Source: a virus
Taxonomy: Duplodnaviria; Caudoviricetes
DNA: 47,681 nt
Strand: one strand, 5' to 3'
IMG/VR virus record: IMGVR_UViG_3300017913_001518
Span: 1-47,681 of that record
The position numbers and the translations under genes are program-made. Position 1 is the stretch's first letter. Each line of letters opens with the position of its first letter. Positions 26,882-37,507 of this stretch are shown piece by piece. The notes beneath the pieces were generated by a model. The model was not told where the DNA came from and did not search any database. It was given only the letters and a program-made list of their open reading frames with translations.

Positions 26882-27381
26882 TGGAATTATTATATCACCC
26901 TAACGAATGGTTAGATAAAAAACTGCCCGAGTTTGACTTTTCTAATCCAGTTGTTGACCCAGAAGAATTAAAAACTGAAATGTGCAACATCATGTTTGAT
27001 AACGATGGTGTAGGACTTAGTGCAAACCAAGTTGGTGTAGATGCACAGGTTTTTGTTATGGGCAGTAAACATGCTAGAGACAAAGCACAGATTTTTATTA
27101 ATCCAAGAGTAGTTGAAGTTAGCAAAGAAAAAACACTAGACTGGGAAGGCTGTCTAAGTTTTCCAGGTATCTATATGCAGGTATCAAGACCTAGTTGGGT
27201 TCATGCTCAATACTATGATACAAAGGGTGATTTGCAAGAAGGTAAAATTATGGATTATGATGCTAGATGTTATTTGCATGAACTAGATCATTTGCTAGGA
27301 ATTACTTATAAAGACAGAGTAACAAAAATGAAATGGGATATGGCTGTAAAGAGAGCCAAGAAAAAAGGATGGTTAAAATAA
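26881..27381 (+). CDS. def: Peptide deformylase
   Basis: GVGLSANQVG, EGCLS and HELDH motifs. Confidence 0.93.
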   Translation: MELLYHPNEWLDKKLPEFDFSNPVVDPEELKTEMCNIMFDNDGVGLSANQVGVDAQVFVMGSKHARDKAQIFINPRVVEVSKEKTLDWEGCLSFPGIYMQVSRPSWVHAQYYDTKGDLQEGKIMDYDARCYLHELDHLLGITYKDRVTKMKWDMAVKRAKKKGWLK

Positions 27382-29643
27382 ATGCTAGAACCTAATGAAC
27401 ATTTAGAACAAATTTTTGAAAAAGGCATTAAGTTAGCACAAGAAGCAACACATGAATATGTAACTTTGGAGCATCTTTCTTATGCTATGATTCTTGACGA
27501 AAAGTTCCAAAAGTTTTTAATTGACTTCGGCGTTGATACTACAGCCATTGGACAAGAATTAAATCAATACATTGGTAGCAAACTAGACGATATCAAGACG
27601 CAGAAAAAAGGACGTCCACGCAAAACACAAGCAATGGAACGTGTGCTTAATCGTGCATTTACACAAACATTGTTCAGCGGACGTACTACTATTGAGCCTA
27701 CAGATGTATTTCTAAGTATCTTAAAAGAGAAAAAATCATTCTCGGCTTTTATATTTAGAAAGCATAATGTAGATCATGATAAATTTAGCAACTACATTGA
27801 AGCGGAGCAAGTCATCGGAGAAGGTGCAAGTGAAAACTACAGTGCTGGACAACTAGAAAGAATGATTGGACAATTCTGTACCAATCTAAGTCAAAAAGCA
27901 AAAGCAGGTAAAATTGATCCTGTAATTGGTCGTGCAAAGGAAATTGAAGAAACAATTCTTATTCTTGCACGTAGACAAAAAGCCAATGTAATGCTAGTAG
28001 GTGATCCGGGTGTAGGTAAAACTGCTATTGCAGAAGGTCTTGCTGTGGAAATTTCCAACGGCAATGTACCTGAGTTTATAAAAGATCATGACGTTTATAG
28101 TTTAGATATTGGTGCATTAATTGCCGGTTCAAAATACCGAGGTGACTTTGAAGAACGTCTTAAGATGGTAATTCATGCACTAGAGAAAAAAGAAAAAGCA
28201 ATTCTTTTTATTGACGAAGCACATATGATGAACGGTGCTGGTGCTGGTGGGCAAGGTCAATCAAATGATATGGCTAATATGCTAAAACCTGCACTAGGAA
28301 AAGGTACTATTAAAGTTGTAGCATCTACTACCTGGGAAGAATATCGTAAACACTTTGAAAAAGATCGTGCATTGATGCGTAGATTCCAACGTGTAAGTGT
28401 TGAGGAGCCGGATGAAGAAACAACAGTAGATATCCTAAAAGGATTGAAGAAATATTATGAATCACATCACGGTGTAACTATTTTAGAAAAAGCCATAGAA
28501 GATGCTGTAAAATACAGTGTCAAATACATGGCAGATAAAAAATTGCCTGATAAAGCAATTGATATTATTGACCGTGCTGGTGCAAGATTCAAGATCATGG
28601 ATCAAGAAAAAGGCACAGTAGGTCATGACGAAGTAGTTTTTGAAGTTGCTAAGATGACAAATCTACCATTGGAACAAGTGGCGGCTAAAGAAACAGAAAG
28701 TATGCGTGATCTGGAAAACAACATGAAGAAAAGTGTCTATGGACAAGATGACGCAATTGACGGCTTGCTAGATAAAATCTTTATCGCCCAGGCTGGACTA
28801 AAATCATTAAACAAGCCTGTGGGCAGTTTCTTATTTGTTGGACCAACAGGCTGTGGTAAAACAGAAACAGCAAAAGTATTGGCAAGAGAAATGGGCACCG
28901 AACTTGTGCGTTTTGATATGAGTGAATTCCAAGAGAAACATTCTGTAGCAAAGTTTATTGGTGCACCTCCAGGTTATGTAGGACACGATGAAGATGCAGG
29001 ACAGTTGATAACAAAACTGCAAGAAAATCCTAATTGTGTATTACTGTTGGACGAGATTGAAAAAGCACATAAGGATGTTTCAAATGTATTACTAGGACTT
29101 ATGGACAATGGGTTTGTTACAGGGTCCAATGGTAAGAAAGCAGATGCACGAAACAGTATTGTGATTATGACTAGTAACCTAGGTGCTAGAGATATGGAAA
29201 AGAACGGCGTTGGATTCGGCGATGTTGATAGAAGCGGAGAAGATGACGATGCTGTAAAGGACTTTTTTGCTCCTGAATTCCGTAATAGATTAGATGGTGT
29301 TATTAAGTTTGATAAACTTGATAGAGATACCAGTGGGCTTATTGTTGACAAATTTATTAAAGAAGCAAATGAACTTGTCAAAGACAAAGGCATCTACTTT
29401 GAACTATCTGATGAAGCACGTGGTTACTTAGTGAAAAAAGGTTTCAATAGAAAAATGGGAGCAAGGCCTTTAGCGAGAATCATTGACAATGAAATTAAAA
29501 AGCCTATCAGTAAAGAAATGCTGTTTGGCAAACTTGTCAGTGGAGGTAAGGTGCTAGTATCAATCCAAGATGGTGAATTGACATTTGATATTCAATCATT
29601 TGCAGACATGATGGAGACTCCTATTGAAAGTACAACACACTAA
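27382..29643 (+). CDS. clpA: ATP-dependent Clp protease ATP-binding subunit, ClpA-like
   Basis: Clp N domain, two AAA+ modules (GDPGVGKT, GPTGCGKT), GAPPGYVG, VGF ClpP-docking-like loop, no long M-domain. Confidence 0.9.
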   Translation: MLEPNEHLEQIFEKGIKLAQEATHEYVTLEHLSYAMILDEKFQKFLIDFGVDTTAIGQELNQYIGSKLDDIKTQKKGRPRKTQAMERVLNRAFTQTLFSGRTTIEPTDVFLSILKEKKSFSAFIFRKHNVDHDKFSNYIEAEQVIGEGASENYSAGQLERMIGQFCTNLSQKAKAGKIDPVIGRAKEIEETILILARRQKANVMLVGDPGVGKTAIAEGLAVEISNGNVPEFIKDHDVYSLDIGALIAGSKYRGDFEERLKMVIHALEKKEKAILFIDEAHMMNGAGAGGQGQSNDMANMLKPALGKGTIKVVASTTWEEYRKHFEKDRALMRRFQRVSVEEPDEETTVDILKGLKKYYESHHGVTILEKAIEDAVKYSVKYMADKKLPDKAIDIIDRAGARFKIMDQEKGTVGHDEVVFEVAKMTNLPLEQVAAKETESMRDLENNMKKSVYGQDDAIDGLLDKIFIAQAGLKSLNKPVGSFLFVGPTGCGKTETAKVLAREMGTELVRFDMSEFQEKHSVAKFIGAPPGYVGHDEDAGQLITKLQENPNCVLLLDEIEKAHKDVSNVLLGLMDNGFVTGSNGKKADARNSIVIMTSNLGARDMEKNGVGFGDVDRSGEDDDAVKDFFAPEFRNRLDGVIKFDKLDRDTSGLIVDKFIKEANELVKDKGIYFELSDEARGYLVKKGFNRKMGARPLARIIDNEIKKPISKEMLFGKLVSGGKVLVSIQDGELTFDIQSFADMMETPIESTTH

Positions 29644-30319
29644 AAGACTTCACTGGAACAAATATCTATACAAGGTTACCTTGTATGTTCCGCGTGTGGC
29701 TTGGTTGCGTTACAATAAAAACCTACTATCAACATTGTGTAACTGTGAAACACTGTTAGAATGGAGACAGAAGAATCCACTTAAACCTGTTGTTTGGTTA
29801 ACGAATGATAGACAGGATGATATGGAAAGAGATCTTTGGGAAAATAGGTTTACGCTGTACAAGATTGCCCACTTTAGAAATAACTGCGATGAACATCATG
29901 TTAGATTAGATGATAACAAAATAACATATTTTACTAGCAACACAGAAGACTATGAGCAATTCTGCAGATTATTTAAAGATTTTGTTATTGAACTTCAATT
30001 TCCTGAAGAAGGTAAAGAACATCTTTTAGAAGAACATGTAGAATATGTGGAGAAATTTCCGCACGGGAAATATAAGTATAAAACTTATTTTAAACCGTAT
30101 TGGAATAGTCCACGCGAAGGATTTGGAGAGTGGATAAGACAGTATCCTGATATTAAGATTACAAAAGAGGTAATCAAAACAATTGAAAGAGGATACATGC
30201 CAAATGGTAAATTTTTCTACTCGACAAATAAAGATATGATGTTATTATTACAATTATATCTAGGCACACATTTAGGCAAAACAGTAACATATAAATTAGA
30301 AAGTGAAACAAATGGATAA
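29624..30319 (+). CDS. Hypothetical protein
   Basis: 231-aa ORF, TTG start with SD GGAG. Confidence 0.65.
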   Translation: MKVQHTKRLHWNKYLYKVTLYVPRVAWLRYNKNLLSTLCNCETLLEWRQKNPLKPVVWLTNDRQDDMERDLWENRFTLYKIAHFRNNCDEHHVRLDDNKITYFTSNTEDYEQFCRLFKDFVIELQFPEEGKEHLLEEHVEYVEKFPHGKYKYKTYFKPYWNSPREGFGEWIRQYPDIKITKEVIKTIERGYMPNGKFFYSTNKDMMLLLQLYLGTHLGKTVTYKLESETNG

Positions 30320-30593
30320 AGTAAAAATTGTACACGCTCTTCGAGACAAGAAAGTTCTTCAAGAAGGTACTAGTGTATATGCGGAGGTTACAGCAAGTGG
30401 CCTAGGCGGCCAGCCAATCCGCAAGGTCAAAGGCGTACTACTAGGCGAATACGGCAAAGTTAAAGCAAAAGGCTGGGCTAGAGACAACGCTGGTAAAGAC
30501 CACGTTTACACAGTATATTATGACGATATTCATGCTGTAGAAGGCATGGAACTAGGAAGAATCGCTCAGGCGTATAAAATTAAAATCAAATAA
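30312..30593 (+). CDS. Hypothetical protein (start 30312 or 30303)
   Basis: ORF overlapping the upstream stop. Confidence 0.6.
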   Translation: MDKVKIVHALRDKKVLQEGTSVYAEVTASGLGGQPIRKVKGVLLGEYGKVKAKGWARDNAGKDHVYTVYYDDIHAVEGMELGRIAQAYKIKIK

Positions 30594-30596
30594 ATA
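30589..30596 (+). promoter_or_regulatory. Late promoter (AATAAATA)
   Basis: TAAATA core 8 nt before ATG 30605, at the start of a structural block. Confidence 0.6.
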
Positions 30597-30604
30597 AAAG
30601 TACT

Positions 30605-31042
30605 ATGCCAGCAACAAGTACGAATTTTGAATTTACAGTTAACAGCGAAACCACTGCACAGGTGGCCCATCCAGACGATTCTAGTGTGCAAACATTCACT
30701 AGTGATAAGTTAAAAGGAGATGGCTACTACAGAGGCGGTGATGGCTCACACACTGTAGAGTTTAAACTAAGCGATTATATAGGAAAAATCAAGATCCAAG
30801 GTAGCCTAGCAGAAACGCCAGGTAATACTGATTGGTTTGATGTTAGCCTTACTACGAATACATCAGCACTAACTATTGATACTACGGGTGCTGTGCAACA
30901 AAACACTGAAACTGAATTAGCATTTACTAACGGCACTACTAGTACTAGGATGTACAACTTCAGTGGTAATTTAGTTTGGGTAAGAGCAGTGTTAAGTAAC
31001 TTTACTCAAGGCACTGTTAACTACGTTAGGATGAACTATTAA
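30605..31042 (+). CDS. Putative virion structural protein (beta-sandwich)
   Basis: KGDGYY..GDG.HTV, IQGSL..P...DWF and NF.GN.VWVRA; late context. Confidence 0.6.
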   Translation: MPATSTNFEFTVNSETTAQVAHPDDSSVQTFTSDKLKGDGYYRGGDGSHTVEFKLSDYIGKIKIQGSLAETPGNTDWFDVSLTTNTSALTIDTTGAVQQNTETELAFTNGTTSTRMYNFSGNLVWVRAVLSNFTQGTVNYVRMNY

Positions 31043-31674
31043 TGGCTAGACAAAATATTAACATTGGATCAGGTAGCGGTGCAGGTGACGGTGAATCGTT
31101 ATTTTCAGCATTTGATAAAGTAAATGATAATTTTACAGAATTATACAATGATGTTTCGCAATTAGAAACAGGTGATTTCAGCGGCGATTACAATGATCTA
31201 ACAAATAGACCAGTTTTATTCAGCGGAAGTTTCGCTGACTTAACAAATAAACCAACAACACTTTCAGGTTACGGAATTACTGATGCATATACAAAAGCAG
31301 AAGTAGATAGTGAAATTGCAGATGTTACAGCAGGCAGATTTAGTTTTGGTATTACTGCTGATGATTCTACAGTGAGATCAGTGGAATCTGGAAGCACTCT
31401 ACAGTTTAATGGTGGAAACAGCATTACAACCTCAAGCAACGCAGACGGAGATGTAACTATTGCACTAGATGACAATATTGTAGTTGATATGAAAGGATCA
31501 GTATTTGCTGATGATTCAACGCTACTTGTAGACGGTGTAAACGGTGCTGTACCGTCCGCAAACCTAAGTGGTGCTCTGCCTGCTATTGCTGGAGATGCTA
31601 TTACAGTTGATAACCTGACTATTAAACAAAGAATAAATACATTAGCAGTAGCAATGGCTGTAGGATTATCGTAG
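31042..31674 (+). CDS. Short tail-fibre/baseplate-associated protein
   Basis: INIG....GDGESLFSAFDKVNDNF N-terminus; FSG.Y.DLTN.P repeats; PTTLSGYGITDA; KGSVFADDST. Confidence 0.7.
   Translation: MARQNINIGSGSGAGDGESLFSAFDKVNDNFTELYNDVSQLETGDFSGDYNDLTNRPVLFSGSFADLTNKPTTLSGYGITDAYTKAEVDSEIADVTAGRFSFGITADDSTVRSVESGSTLQFNGGNSITTSSNADGDVTIALDDNIVVDMKGSVFADDSTLLVDGVNGAVPSANLSGALPAIAGDAITVDNLTIKQRINTLAVAMAVGLS
31632..31639 (+). promoter_or_regulatory. Late promoter (AATAAATA)
   Basis: TAAATA core upstream of ATG 31684. Confidence 0.5.
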
Positions 31675-31683
31675 GAAAAATAA

Positions 31684-34600
31684 ATGGCAAAACAACTATA
31701 TCAAGGAACAATTACGTTTGATGCAAGTGCCCAGAGCATTGTATTGGACGGAAATGTACAAAGAGACAGATTATTACTAATCACCAACGTAACTGACAAC
31801 CAGTTAATTTTTAACTTTGCAGACCCCGATGCTAGACTGACAAGCCATTCATATTCAAGCACTACAGATAAAACAACCATTGAACTAAACTACGATACAA
31901 CCAGCATGTCAGATGATGATGTGCTACAAGTGTTCTTTGAAGGCAACGGACAATTAATTGAGCCAGTTGATGATCTACTTGATCCGGTTGGAAAAATCCG
32001 TACTTCACAACCGGAAAACTTAATTGATACAGATTTTGAATACGGACTACAAAGTCAAAAGTGGGAAACACTTGAACAAGTCAAAAACATTCCTACATTC
32101 TTTGCAAGAGACGGGGATGTTGAGATTCCTCTTACAAAAATTGAAACAACCAACGGCAGTGATGTAATTAAAGTTACTACAACTATTGATCACGGATTTA
32201 GTGTTGGTACTACTTTTATTTTACAAGGTACTTCAAATGCAACTGTAAACGGTGGCTTTGTTGTAAGTGCTAGATTAAGTGCAACAGAATTCCAATTCAA
32301 AAGTAAGGCAGATCAAACTGCTACAAGAAATATTAAAGACGAATACACAAGATTGTTTGCTGGTAGTATCTATCAAGGTACTGAATTTGGTAATGATGGT
32401 GTTAGCAAAATTACAACAGACGGCAAGACAGATAGTACTCTAACAGTAAACACTAAATTTCCTGTAAACTTTTTAAAGGGTACAGAGTTTTACTTGAACA
32501 ACAGTTTGAGTACAGTTGGTCTAGAATTTGACGCATCGCAAATCAATGGTGATGATACAACTACCACAACATTCACTATCGATCCTACAAGTGATACTAA
32601 CGGAACAACAACAGGACATTGGAAGAGTGCCGCACCAAAGCATGACGCATATATTCCATTAGGTAAATGTTTTTACTTTGATGCCGCAGATATCACAGGT
32701 ATTGCAAGTAATATTATTACATTTGACTCAGCACATGGTCTTGAAACAGGTACATATTTTTATTCGGCAGGTTACGGCAACAGAGAATTTGCAACCGGCG
32801 TAAGAAACGGTTTTTACTATTTTGTACATGTACACAGTGCAAGTACAATTAGTTTGCATAGTACAGTTACAGATGCTAACAACGACAACACAAGAATCAC
32901 ATTAGGTACACTTGTTACAGACGGATCACAGAATGCAGGCGTAGCAAGACATTATTTCCACAAAGCATGGTTATATGATGTCAGTGCAAATGATAATCAA
33001 ATTGATGCAACAAACATCAACACAGTTTTGACTGGAGATAGATTTACAGATCTGTTTAGCCTAGTAGACGGACAGTCTGATGTGTATGCAATGGGTCCAG
33101 GCTTTGATGCATCTGACAATGATATTACACATGAAGGTATTGGTTATCTTTATGACGTACAAATTTTAGGTACAAGCGGTAATGATATTATCGGTGACTT
33201 CTTAGGCAAAAGATATTCTCAAGGTATTGCATTTAGAGTAGTAAGAAGAGACTTTGGTCAGAATGGTAGAATTTACAAAGAAAATCATGGGCTACCAGAT
33301 GGTGCTGGTGTAACTGTTTCATATACACCTGTAGGCGACTATACAGTAAACACAGAAGCAGAATTTGCACAATGGTTCCCACACAGACTAGGTGCTGAAT
33401 GGAATGCTCCAGGCACTGGTGCAGGTTCAGATGGTGGATTTGTTGAATCAGCAACTGGACAAGGTGGACACATTAGATTAGGTAAAGATCCATATTACGT
33501 ATCTAGTGATAGTAAAGACGAATTATTTAAAATTCATCTAAATGATGAAAACCATAACGTAAGACATTTGATGAGTAGAGAATTCCTTGTTGAAGGTAGT
33601 TCAGATGATTGGGGCTATGGAGACAATGAAACAACTTTCACTATTAACTTTAAAGCAATTAAAGGTAATGGTTCAAACGGTGGTGACACTGCTACACAAA
33701 ACCTAACTGTTGGTTTACGTGATTTAAATGACAACAATGTTACTTTCAGTCAACCATACGGACTTTCAAGCAGTTGGGCAGATTATTCATTCACAGGTAC
33801 AGTCACACTGAATAGACCTTTTCAAATTGTGTTTATGATGTCAGGTGCTGATACACTTACTGACGAAGATCACATTGGTATTGATGCAGTCGAATTTGAT
33901 GTGGATACTAATTTCTGGATTGGTAACACTGACAACTGGCATATGAAGGTTGATAGAATTGACAATAATGAATTTAGATTATTGAATCCTGCAGGAGGAT
34001 CTTACTTCTATGCAGGCTATCCACAGGCTAACTTTACAGTTACTCATACAAAAGATTTAAGCAACACAGATACAATCACAAAAACAGGTCACGGACTTGC
34101 TGATCAGACTTCGATCACTTATGATAGAAACGGCAATACTGCAATCAGTGGCTTAACAGATGGTTCAACATTTTTTGCAGTAAATGGAACAACAAACACT
34201 TTCCAGGTTGCAACAAGTGAAACAGGCACAAGTGGTGCTAGTTTAGAATTGTTCCAATATCAATCAACTGATGCAGACTTTGGTATTGGTAGAGGTAACA
34301 ACACAGATAGCACATTCTATATTGGAACTTATGCGAATGCGGTCAGTGAAGGTTACAGCACAGGTACAAGAGTTCAGTATACTGCACCTACTGGAAATCC
34401 TATTCCAGGACTAACAGATCAAGGTTTCTATTTTATTAGATTAATTCAAGACGGCTCAGGCGGCTGGGTAAGATTTTATAGATCATTAGCCAATGCTAAC
34501 AGTGACACAAACCATATTAAAATTAACGACAGTGATGCTGATAGAAAAGGCACAATTCAAAAAACTACAGTAGTAGATGTTGAAGCCGGAACAGGTACAC

Positions 34601-37503
34601 ACAAATTCAGCACTACACAAAAAGGTGCGGCAGATGGTTTATATCAGATTAGTAAGGTTACTGACACTCAGTCTTTTCAACTTAAGACAAACAAAGAAAT
34701 TACAAACAGAAAAATTGCACTAGATAAAACAAGTATTGATCAGCAAAATAACGCTGTCTATCTTGTAGACCACGGACTAGTAAATGGTACTCCGCTTACA
34801 TTAACAACAACTGGTACAGCACCAGGAGGCTTAAACGATGGTAGTACTACACAATTCTTTGCGATAAGAGTAAATGATGACTACTTTAGGGTAGCGGCAC
34901 TTGAAGAAGATGTAAACAATAATGTATATGTCACCTTAGATACTTTAGGTACAGGTACTAATACATTTACAACTTCAAGCATCAGTGGTGAAATTCAAGC
35001 AAGTGGTACAGTTTCTATTACAGATGGAAGCAAAGTTGTAACAGGTCTAGGAACAAACTTTAATTCACAATTTAATGCAGGCGAAAAATTTATTGCGTTT
35101 GTTGGAGAATCAACAACAGATTTAAATGTTACAGCAGTAAACCAGTCAACAAACGTGTTCACAGATGCAGGACACGGTTTAAGTGACGGTGATTTGTTAA
35201 GATCACTGCGTGACACAGCAGACTTTGACAAAGGTGATTTAGTATATGCCAATGCAATTGATACTGATACATTTACTATTCATTCATTAAGATCAGATGG
35301 CGTAAGTGGATTAAATCCTATTGACATTACAGAATCAAACACAGGTGCTGTATTCACAAGAGTAACTGCAATAGGTAGCACAGTAGAAGCAGATATCGAC
35401 TTTGTTAATAGTCCAAAACGTATTACTTTGAAATCTGCAGTAAGCACAACAGGAAGTGGATTAAAATATGCACTGAAAACAAGCGTACTAGTTAGATCAA
35501 ATGGTTTTGCATTACATAGACCATTCGATGGTGGTGTAGATCTAGTTCCAGCACAGAATCCAGACGGACACATGATTAGGCAGACACGCAAGTACTTCCG
35601 TTATCAGTCAGGTAAAGGTATTCAAATTTCAAATGGTATTAACTTTAGCCCAAGTGTCCCGATCATGGAAATGCGTTTAGAAACTACAGACAGTTCGCAA
35701 CATGCAATTATTAAAACTAGATATCCACACAGAATGACCACAGGCACTAGCATCAAGGTAGAAGATGCAACAGTAACAAGTGGCACAAACTATTGGAACG
35801 GCACATTTATTGTACAAAGAATTGTAAATCAATATGAATTTGAAGTTGACCTAACTGGTACTCCTGATGATACATTTGCAATGGGTTCACCTAGTTTTGT
35901 TGTAAACAGTTGGAACGGTGCTGTGATTAGATCAGGATTAATGGATGATCAAAATGGATTGTTCTTTGAATATGATGGACAAAAATTATATTGTGTGCAT
36001 AGATCAAGCACATATCAAATCAGTGGCAACTGTTCAGTTGCTAAGGGATCTGCACAACTAAGCGGTGTTGATACTAAATTCTTATCACAGGTTGCAGTAG
36101 ATGACAAACTTGTAATTAGAGGACAGACATATAGAATTACAAGAATTGATTCAAACAGTTCATTGTTCTTCATGCCAAGTTACAGAGGACAAGACGCTGA
36201 TGCAGTAGTTGTTTCAAAAGTAATTGATAAAAAGGTAGCACAAGAAAACTGGAGTGTTGATCCATGTGACGGAACAGGACCTACAGGATATGTTCTTAAC
36301 ATTCATAAAATGCAGATGGCATACGTAGACTACAGTTGGTATGGTGCTGGTAAAGTACGTTTTGGTTTCAAAGATCAAAACGGTCGTGTAAAATATGTAC
36401 ACGAGTTTATCAACAACAACAAACAAACAGAAGCATACATGCGTTCAGGTAACTTGCCTGTAAGATATGAATTAGAAAATATTGGAAATCCAAGTTATGT
36501 TCCAAGTCTAGCACACTGGGGAACTTCAGTGATCATGGATGGACGTTTTGATCAAGATGACTCATACGTCTTTGCCGCAAGTGCAAGAAACATTGCAATT
36601 AGTGGTGATGCATCATTAACAGTAAGTGCAAAAGTAGAACATGATGACAAATATAGAATTAAAGATCCTGCAAATAACTATCCAGAAGCAGGTTTTGCAT
36701 TAACACTAGCGGCTTCTGATCCAATTAACAATGCAATTTTTGAAGGAGCAACTATTACAGGTGCTAATCTTGCAACAGGAACAAAAGTAACAAATCCAGA
36801 AGGCGCATTAGGTGCTTTAAGACTTCCAGTGCAACCATACTTTCCAAGTGTAATAAGTGCAACTGGAGGCGACTTTACTGGTACAGACATTGAAAACGAA
36901 TCAGTTAGATCGTTACTATTAATTGATAAAGAACCAACTGGTACAGCAGTATCAGATTCAAACTACACAGTAACACTAGCGAGTGCCGCTACAAGTAAAA
37001 CAGTTGATCAACCATTGATTAGTATTAGACTAGCACCAAGTGTTGATACAGGTATTCCGGGCGGACTAGGTGAAAGAGAATTGATCAACAGAATGCAGTT
37101 GATTATGGAAAGTGTACAGGTATTAACTACACACGCTGTAGAAGTAAATCTTGTACTAAACGGATTACTTGACAGAAACGATTGGAAACAAGTTAACAGA
37201 CCAAGTTTAGCACAACTTGTTTATCACGAAGCAGGTGATCAAATTATTGGTGGAACAAAAGTATTCAGTTTCAAGGCAGACGGTACAGAAGGAACAGCAG
37301 ACAGAATTCTAAAAGGCACATTGGTCGGATTGGATCATTTAGATGCAATCGGTAACAGTATTTTAGGTGGTGACGCTGTGTTCCCAGATGGTCCTGATGT
37401 TTTAAGTATTGTAGTAAGAGTTATTGAAGATCCATCAACAGTATCAAACTCTAATCCTGCTATCATTAGCGGTAAGATTAGTTGGAATGAATCACAATCA
37501 TAA
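31684..37503 (+). CDS. Large virion structural protein (tail/baseplate appendage)
   Basis: 1939 aa, Thr/Gly/Asp-rich; LLLITNVT, LIDTDFEYGLQ..KWE, repeated HGL..G beta units, RQTRKYFRYQSGKG, YSWYGAG. Confidence 0.7.
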   Translation: MAKQLYQGTITFDASAQSIVLDGNVQRDRLLLITNVTDNQLIFNFADPDARLTSHSYSSTTDKTTIELNYDTTSMSDDDVLQVFFEGNGQLIEPVDDLLDPVGKIRTSQPENLIDTDFEYGLQSQKWETLEQVKNIPTFFARDGDVEIPLTKIETTNGSDVIKVTTTIDHGFSVGTTFILQGTSNATVNGGFVVSARLSATEFQFKSKADQTATRNIKDEYTRLFAGSIYQGTEFGNDGVSKITTDGKTDSTLTVNTKFPVNFLKGTEFYLNNSLSTVGLEFDASQINGDDTTTTTFTIDPTSDTNGTTTGHWKSAAPKHDAYIPLGKCFYFDAADITGIASNIITFDSAHGLETGTYFYSAGYGNREFATGVRNGFYYFVHVHSASTISLHSTVTDANNDNTRITLGTLVTDGSQNAGVARHYFHKAWLYDVSANDNQIDATNINTVLTGDRFTDLFSLVDGQSDVYAMGPGFDASDNDITHEGIGYLYDVQILGTSGNDIIGDFLGKRYSQGIAFRVVRRDFGQNGRIYKENHGLPDGAGVTVSYTPVGDYTVNTEAEFAQWFPHRLGAEWNAPGTGAGSDGGFVESATGQGGHIRLGKDPYYVSSDSKDELFKIHLNDENHNVRHLMSREFLVEGSSDDWGYGDNETTFTINFKAIKGNGSNGGDTATQNLTVGLRDLNDNNVTFSQPYGLSSSWADYSFTGTVTLNRPFQIVFMMSGADTLTDEDHIGIDAVEFDVDTNFWIGNTDNWHMKVDRIDNNEFRLLNPAGGSYFYAGYPQANFTVTHTKDLSNTDTITKTGHGLADQTSITYDRNGNTAISGLTDGSTFFAVNGTTNTFQVATSETGTSGASLELFQYQSTDADFGIGRGNNTDSTFYIGTYANAVSEGYSTGTRVQYTAPTGNPIPGLTDQGFYFIRLIQDGSGGWVRFYRSLANANSDTNHIKINDSDADRKGTIQKTTVVDVEAGTGTHKFSTTQKGAADGLYQISKVTDTQSFQLKTNKEITNRKIALDKTSIDQQNNAVYLVDHGLVNGTPLTLTTTGTAPGGLNDGSTTQFFAIRVNDDYFRVAALEEDVNNNVYVTLDTLGTGTNTFTTSSISGEIQASGTVSITDGSKVVTGLGTNFNSQFNAGEKFIAFVGESTTDLNVTAVNQSTNVFTDAGHGLSDGDLLRSLRDTADFDKGDLVYANAIDTDTFTIHSLRSDGVSGLNPIDITESNTGAVFTRVTAIGSTVEADIDFVNSPKRITLKSAVSTTGSGLKYALKTSVLVRSNGFALHRPFDGGVDLVPAQNPDGHMIRQTRKYFRYQSGKGIQISNGINFSPSVPIMEMRLETTDSSQHAIIKTRYPHRMTTGTSIKVEDATVTSGTNYWNGTFIVQRIVNQYEFEVDLTGTPDDTFAMGSPSFVVNSWNGAVIRSGLMDDQNGLFFEYDGQKLYCVHRSSTYQISGNCSVAKGSAQLSGVDTKFLSQVAVDDKLVIRGQTYRITRIDSNSSLFFMPSYRGQDADAVVVSKVIDKKVAQENWSVDPCDGTGPTGYVLNIHKMQMAYVDYSWYGAGKVRFGFKDQNGRVKYVHEFINNNKQTEAYMRSGNLPVRYELENIGNPSYVPSLAHWGTSVIMDGRFDQDDSYVFAASARNIAISGDASLTVSAKVEHDDKYRIKDPANNYPEAGFALTLAASDPINNAIFEGATITGANLATGTKVTNPEGALGALRLPVQPYFPSVISATGGDFTGTDIENESVRSLLLIDKEPTGTAVSDSNYTVTLASAATSKTVDQPLISIRLAPSVDTGIPGGLGERELINRMQLIMESVQVLTTHAVEVNLVLNGLLDRNDWKQVNRPSLAQLVYHEAGDQIIGGTKVFSFKADGTEGTADRILKGTLVGLDHLDAIGNSILGGDAVFPDGPDVLSIVVRVIEDPSTVSNSNPAIISGKISWNESQS

Positions 37504-37507
37504 GGCT

